Shown here one piece after another: positions 61,030 through 64,000 of a stretch of DNA of 64,000 bases. Numbering within the stretch: position 1 is the first letter of the stretch; every line of letters begins with the position of its first letter. The notes beneath the pieces were generated by a model, which searched no databases, was not told the origin of the DNA, and saw only the letters and a list, made by a program, of their open reading frames with translations. The stretch is from Haliotis rufescens. Its lineage: Eukaryota. The stretch is taken from assembly GCF_023055435.1 (NCBI RefSeq), contig NW_025963924.1, positions 10,168,001-10,232,000 of the forward strand. Direction: 5' to 3'. Made by a program: the position numbers and the translations under genes.

Positions 61030-62660
61030 TCAGTGTATCTTGAGGTTGAAGTTCAACTTTGCTGTACTTGCAGTATGACAACTTACAAAGATCGGGTGTA
61101 AAAGGAACGATGTACTGTTCATTCACAGAGTCACACCCAAACGGTTGGAAAGTGACAAAATCCATGCTAAGATGAACGCCACAACTGAAAGAACAAGCCG
61201 TTGGTATGATTACATCAGGGACCAACGCATGACCACGTCCCCAGGAGCCGAATGTAGCCCGATGACAGTACCAGGCTGATGGTCCAGCCATCGTGTCAGA
61301 CAGTGGACAGTGTCCAGAAGACTGCGTCAGTACTATATGAGAGCCCCCAGACCACTACGAGACGTAACGCTGACACTGGCATCGATGGGCTCGAACACTG
61401 GTAAGGAGTCATGTTCACAGTGGAAAGCATATTCCAGGTTTTCAGACACGTTGTTGCGTTCAAAATGTGTAACCGTTTGGAGGTGGCGGCATCTGTAGCC
61501 TAGTCAAGGCGGCATCATTAGCCAAGTCAAGGCGACATCATTAGCCTAGTCAAGGCGACATCATTAGCCACGTCAAGGCGACATCATTAGCCTAGTCAAG
61601 GCGGCATCATTAGCCACGTCAAGGCGACATCATTAGCCAAGTCAAGGCGACATCATTAGCCACTTCAAGGCGACATCATTAGCCAAGTCAAGGCGACATC
61701 ATTAGCCAAGTCAAGGCGACATCATTAGCCACTTCAAGGCGACATCATTAGCCAAGTCAAGGCGACATCATTAGCCAAGTCAAGGCGACATCATTAGCCA
61801 AGTCAAGGCGACATCATTAGCCTAGTCAAGGCGGCATCATTAGCCACTTCAAGGCGACATCATTAGCCAAGTCAAGGCGACATCATTAGCCACTTCAAGG
61901 CGACATCATTAGCCAAGTCAAGGCGACATCATTAGCCACTTCAAGGCGACATCATTAGCCACTTCAAGGCGACATCATTAGCCAAGTCAAGGCGACATCA
62001 TTAGCCAAGTCAAGGCGACATCATTAGCCAAGTCAAGGCGACATCATTAGCTAAGTCAAGGCGACATCATTAGCCAAGTCAAGGCGACATCATTAGCCAA
62101 GTCAAGGCGACATCATTAGCTAAGTCAAGGCGACATCATTAGCCAAGTCAAGGCGACATCATTAGCCAAGTCAAGACAGATCTTGTGATTTTGGAAGGAA
62201 ACATCACTGGACTGCGTTACATTGGCCACTATTCTGTCTACCCTGTTGTACCTCCCGTTCTTGCAACAGAATCACCGGACCATGTTTCCACAAGATAACA
62301 CAATACCTCACACAACGTCTTGCCTTGGCCAACACAATCACAAGACTTATCACCTACAGAACACTTGTGGGATCACCTTGACCGACACATTAGAGCACGG
62401 CCAGGTGGCCCTTGTAACAAAGATCAGTCGGCACAAGCCCTCCGACTGGTGTCGAATCCCATTTCTAGTGATCAGTCGGCTCACATCTTCTGCCTGTCGT
62501 CGTGTCAGGACATGCATTGATGCCAGTGATGGGTACACACGATAGTGACTGATGAGTGTGACATTCTGAAGGATTAAGCAAGTTCCATGTGCTCTTGATG
62601 GTTGATTAACCACTGTACAACTGACCCTCATCCTCCAAATTGAACACAATTTCTTCATTT
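61030..62660 (+). pseudogene. Tc1/mariner element remnant
   Basis: FGGGGI before the array; TDLVILEGNITGLRY, QDN..PH, WPTQSQDLSPTEHLWD and RRVRTCIDASDGYTR after it; ends approximate. Confidence 0.8.
61497..62174. repeat. 23-bp minisatellite, about 29 copies, inside a Tc1 remnant
   Basis: Unit TAGCCAAGTCAAGGCGACATCAT. Confidence 0.97.
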
Positions 62661-63386
62661 TTGTACTTATTCGCGGCATCACTTCTAATGTTGTTGTCAG
62701 TTAACGTCTTTTGACAATACAAGTTTCTTCCTTGACATTCCCCCCGAAGTAAAATGGCCTGCCCCACCGGTGGTGCAAAACAGACTTTCTGTAAAATTCC
62801 CCAAATAACCTTCAACAAAACAGTGTTTATTTCCGTTTCGCAGTGCTATGTTCAGTTAAGACTATCACATCCCCAGTAACGCCTGCAGCGTTGACCTTCA
62901 CCTCCACCAGGTGCCGCTCGGTCAGAACGCATACATTCCCGGATATATATTGACGACATTCTCTTCACGGTTTGATACAATTCCAAAACGTTATTTACGA
63001 TAAAATCCAGATTTTCCGCCTGTAGAACACAGCATGTCAGAAATTCCATTTTATCGATGGGCACAACATGACGTGGCGATAATAGAGTAGATCTTATTGG
63101 TCAATAGAAAGTTTCAGGCAATGTCAATAATGCATCACCCTACACTGTTCCTTCAGTCATAGCCAATTCGGCTATGGACGTTTTAACACTGTAGGCCTTG
63201 CGATCTGTAGACCGGAAGAAAACATATGTGGTTCATTCCCCGATTTGTTATCAGATCGTTCACATTCCTGAAATACTGACTGACGAAAATTGTCTTTGAG
63301 GCGGGGAACAAAAACATCAGGGTTTCCTCTGATTCAGCTTTAGGCTCATCTCTCACAACAAAGCACCAAGATTTTCCTTTCCCTGC

Positions 63387-63387
<1 letters not shown>

Positions 63388-63425
<38 letters not shown>
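63388..63425. repeat. (CA)n microsatellite
   Basis: Directly visible. Confidence 0.95.
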
Positions 63426-63427
<2 letters not shown>

Positions 63428-63869
63428 CCACTACCACCAGATAACGTCTCGTTCTTACCATTGAGGTGCAGGGGGGCGTGGCAGGGATATTTCTTTTCTC
63501 CCGAGTGAATTAATTTCGGGAGACACCCACAATGATATGATACAGCAGATTGAAAAAATTGTGAGTAATATCATATCGTTTATTGTGAGAGTGGGATACA
63601 CTGTGGCAGCTGCCCTCTCGACGTGGATATCGGTCACGTGATCTGATACCCCGAGATGAAAGGAGGTTTGTCGTCCGCAGACGGAATCGATTGAAAGATT
63701 GCTCATATCTCAGATTCTGTCGATAGATGGTGGGGAACTGCTATTGTTGCCGCCACGAACAAAGGATTTGTTTTCGTAAGTCTAAACTCCCAAAATTCCT
63801 ATTCCCCTGATGACTTAGTGGCCAAGGAGGTGAGGGGAAATTGTCGCGTCCGAGTTTATTGAACTTATA

Positions 63870-64000
63870 AAGAGACGTGCATGCACGTGTGTGGCTGCTT
63901 GTGCTAGTCCGGACTGATGCCGATTTATAGTGCTAGCTCACTGAGATACCATGCCGCAGTTTAACATGAATAACCCACTCAAACACAGTATACTGACTCC
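63870..64000 (-). mobile_element. SINE family D, cut by the window edge
   Basis: Matches 44325-44430. Confidence 0.75.

Overview
Repeat-rich eukaryotic genomic DNA. The SINE and MITE repertoire suggests a gastropod mollusc such as abalone; this is an inference. Two protein genes are well supported. The first is a complete 14-exon RRP9 (U3-55K, WD40) gene on + (8981-30361; 1407-nt CDS, 468 aa; all exon phases checked by hand). The second is four exons of an uncharacterised 12-Cys, probably GPI-anchored protein on - (46205-39157; first exon not located; one GC-AG intron). Mobile DNA includes an internally deleted Gypsy/Mag LTR element (2624-5788) and a DIRS1-type tyrosine-recombinase retroelement in RRP9 intron 8 (17198-23013). 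There are also two Tc1 remnants, Harbinger-, hAT-, IS3EU-, Helentron- and Crypton-like non-autonomous elements, at least four SINE families, and several minisatellites. Most unusual items: about 74 tandem copies of RRP9's last splice-donor junction; a 189-bp TSD-flanked fold-back element carrying a minimal hammerhead-ribozyme core; three structured 140-bp repeats in the DIRS 3' region; and a SINE family with a sharply bounded, pseudoknot-like, non-tRNA head. Coordinates of degenerate repeats are approximate.
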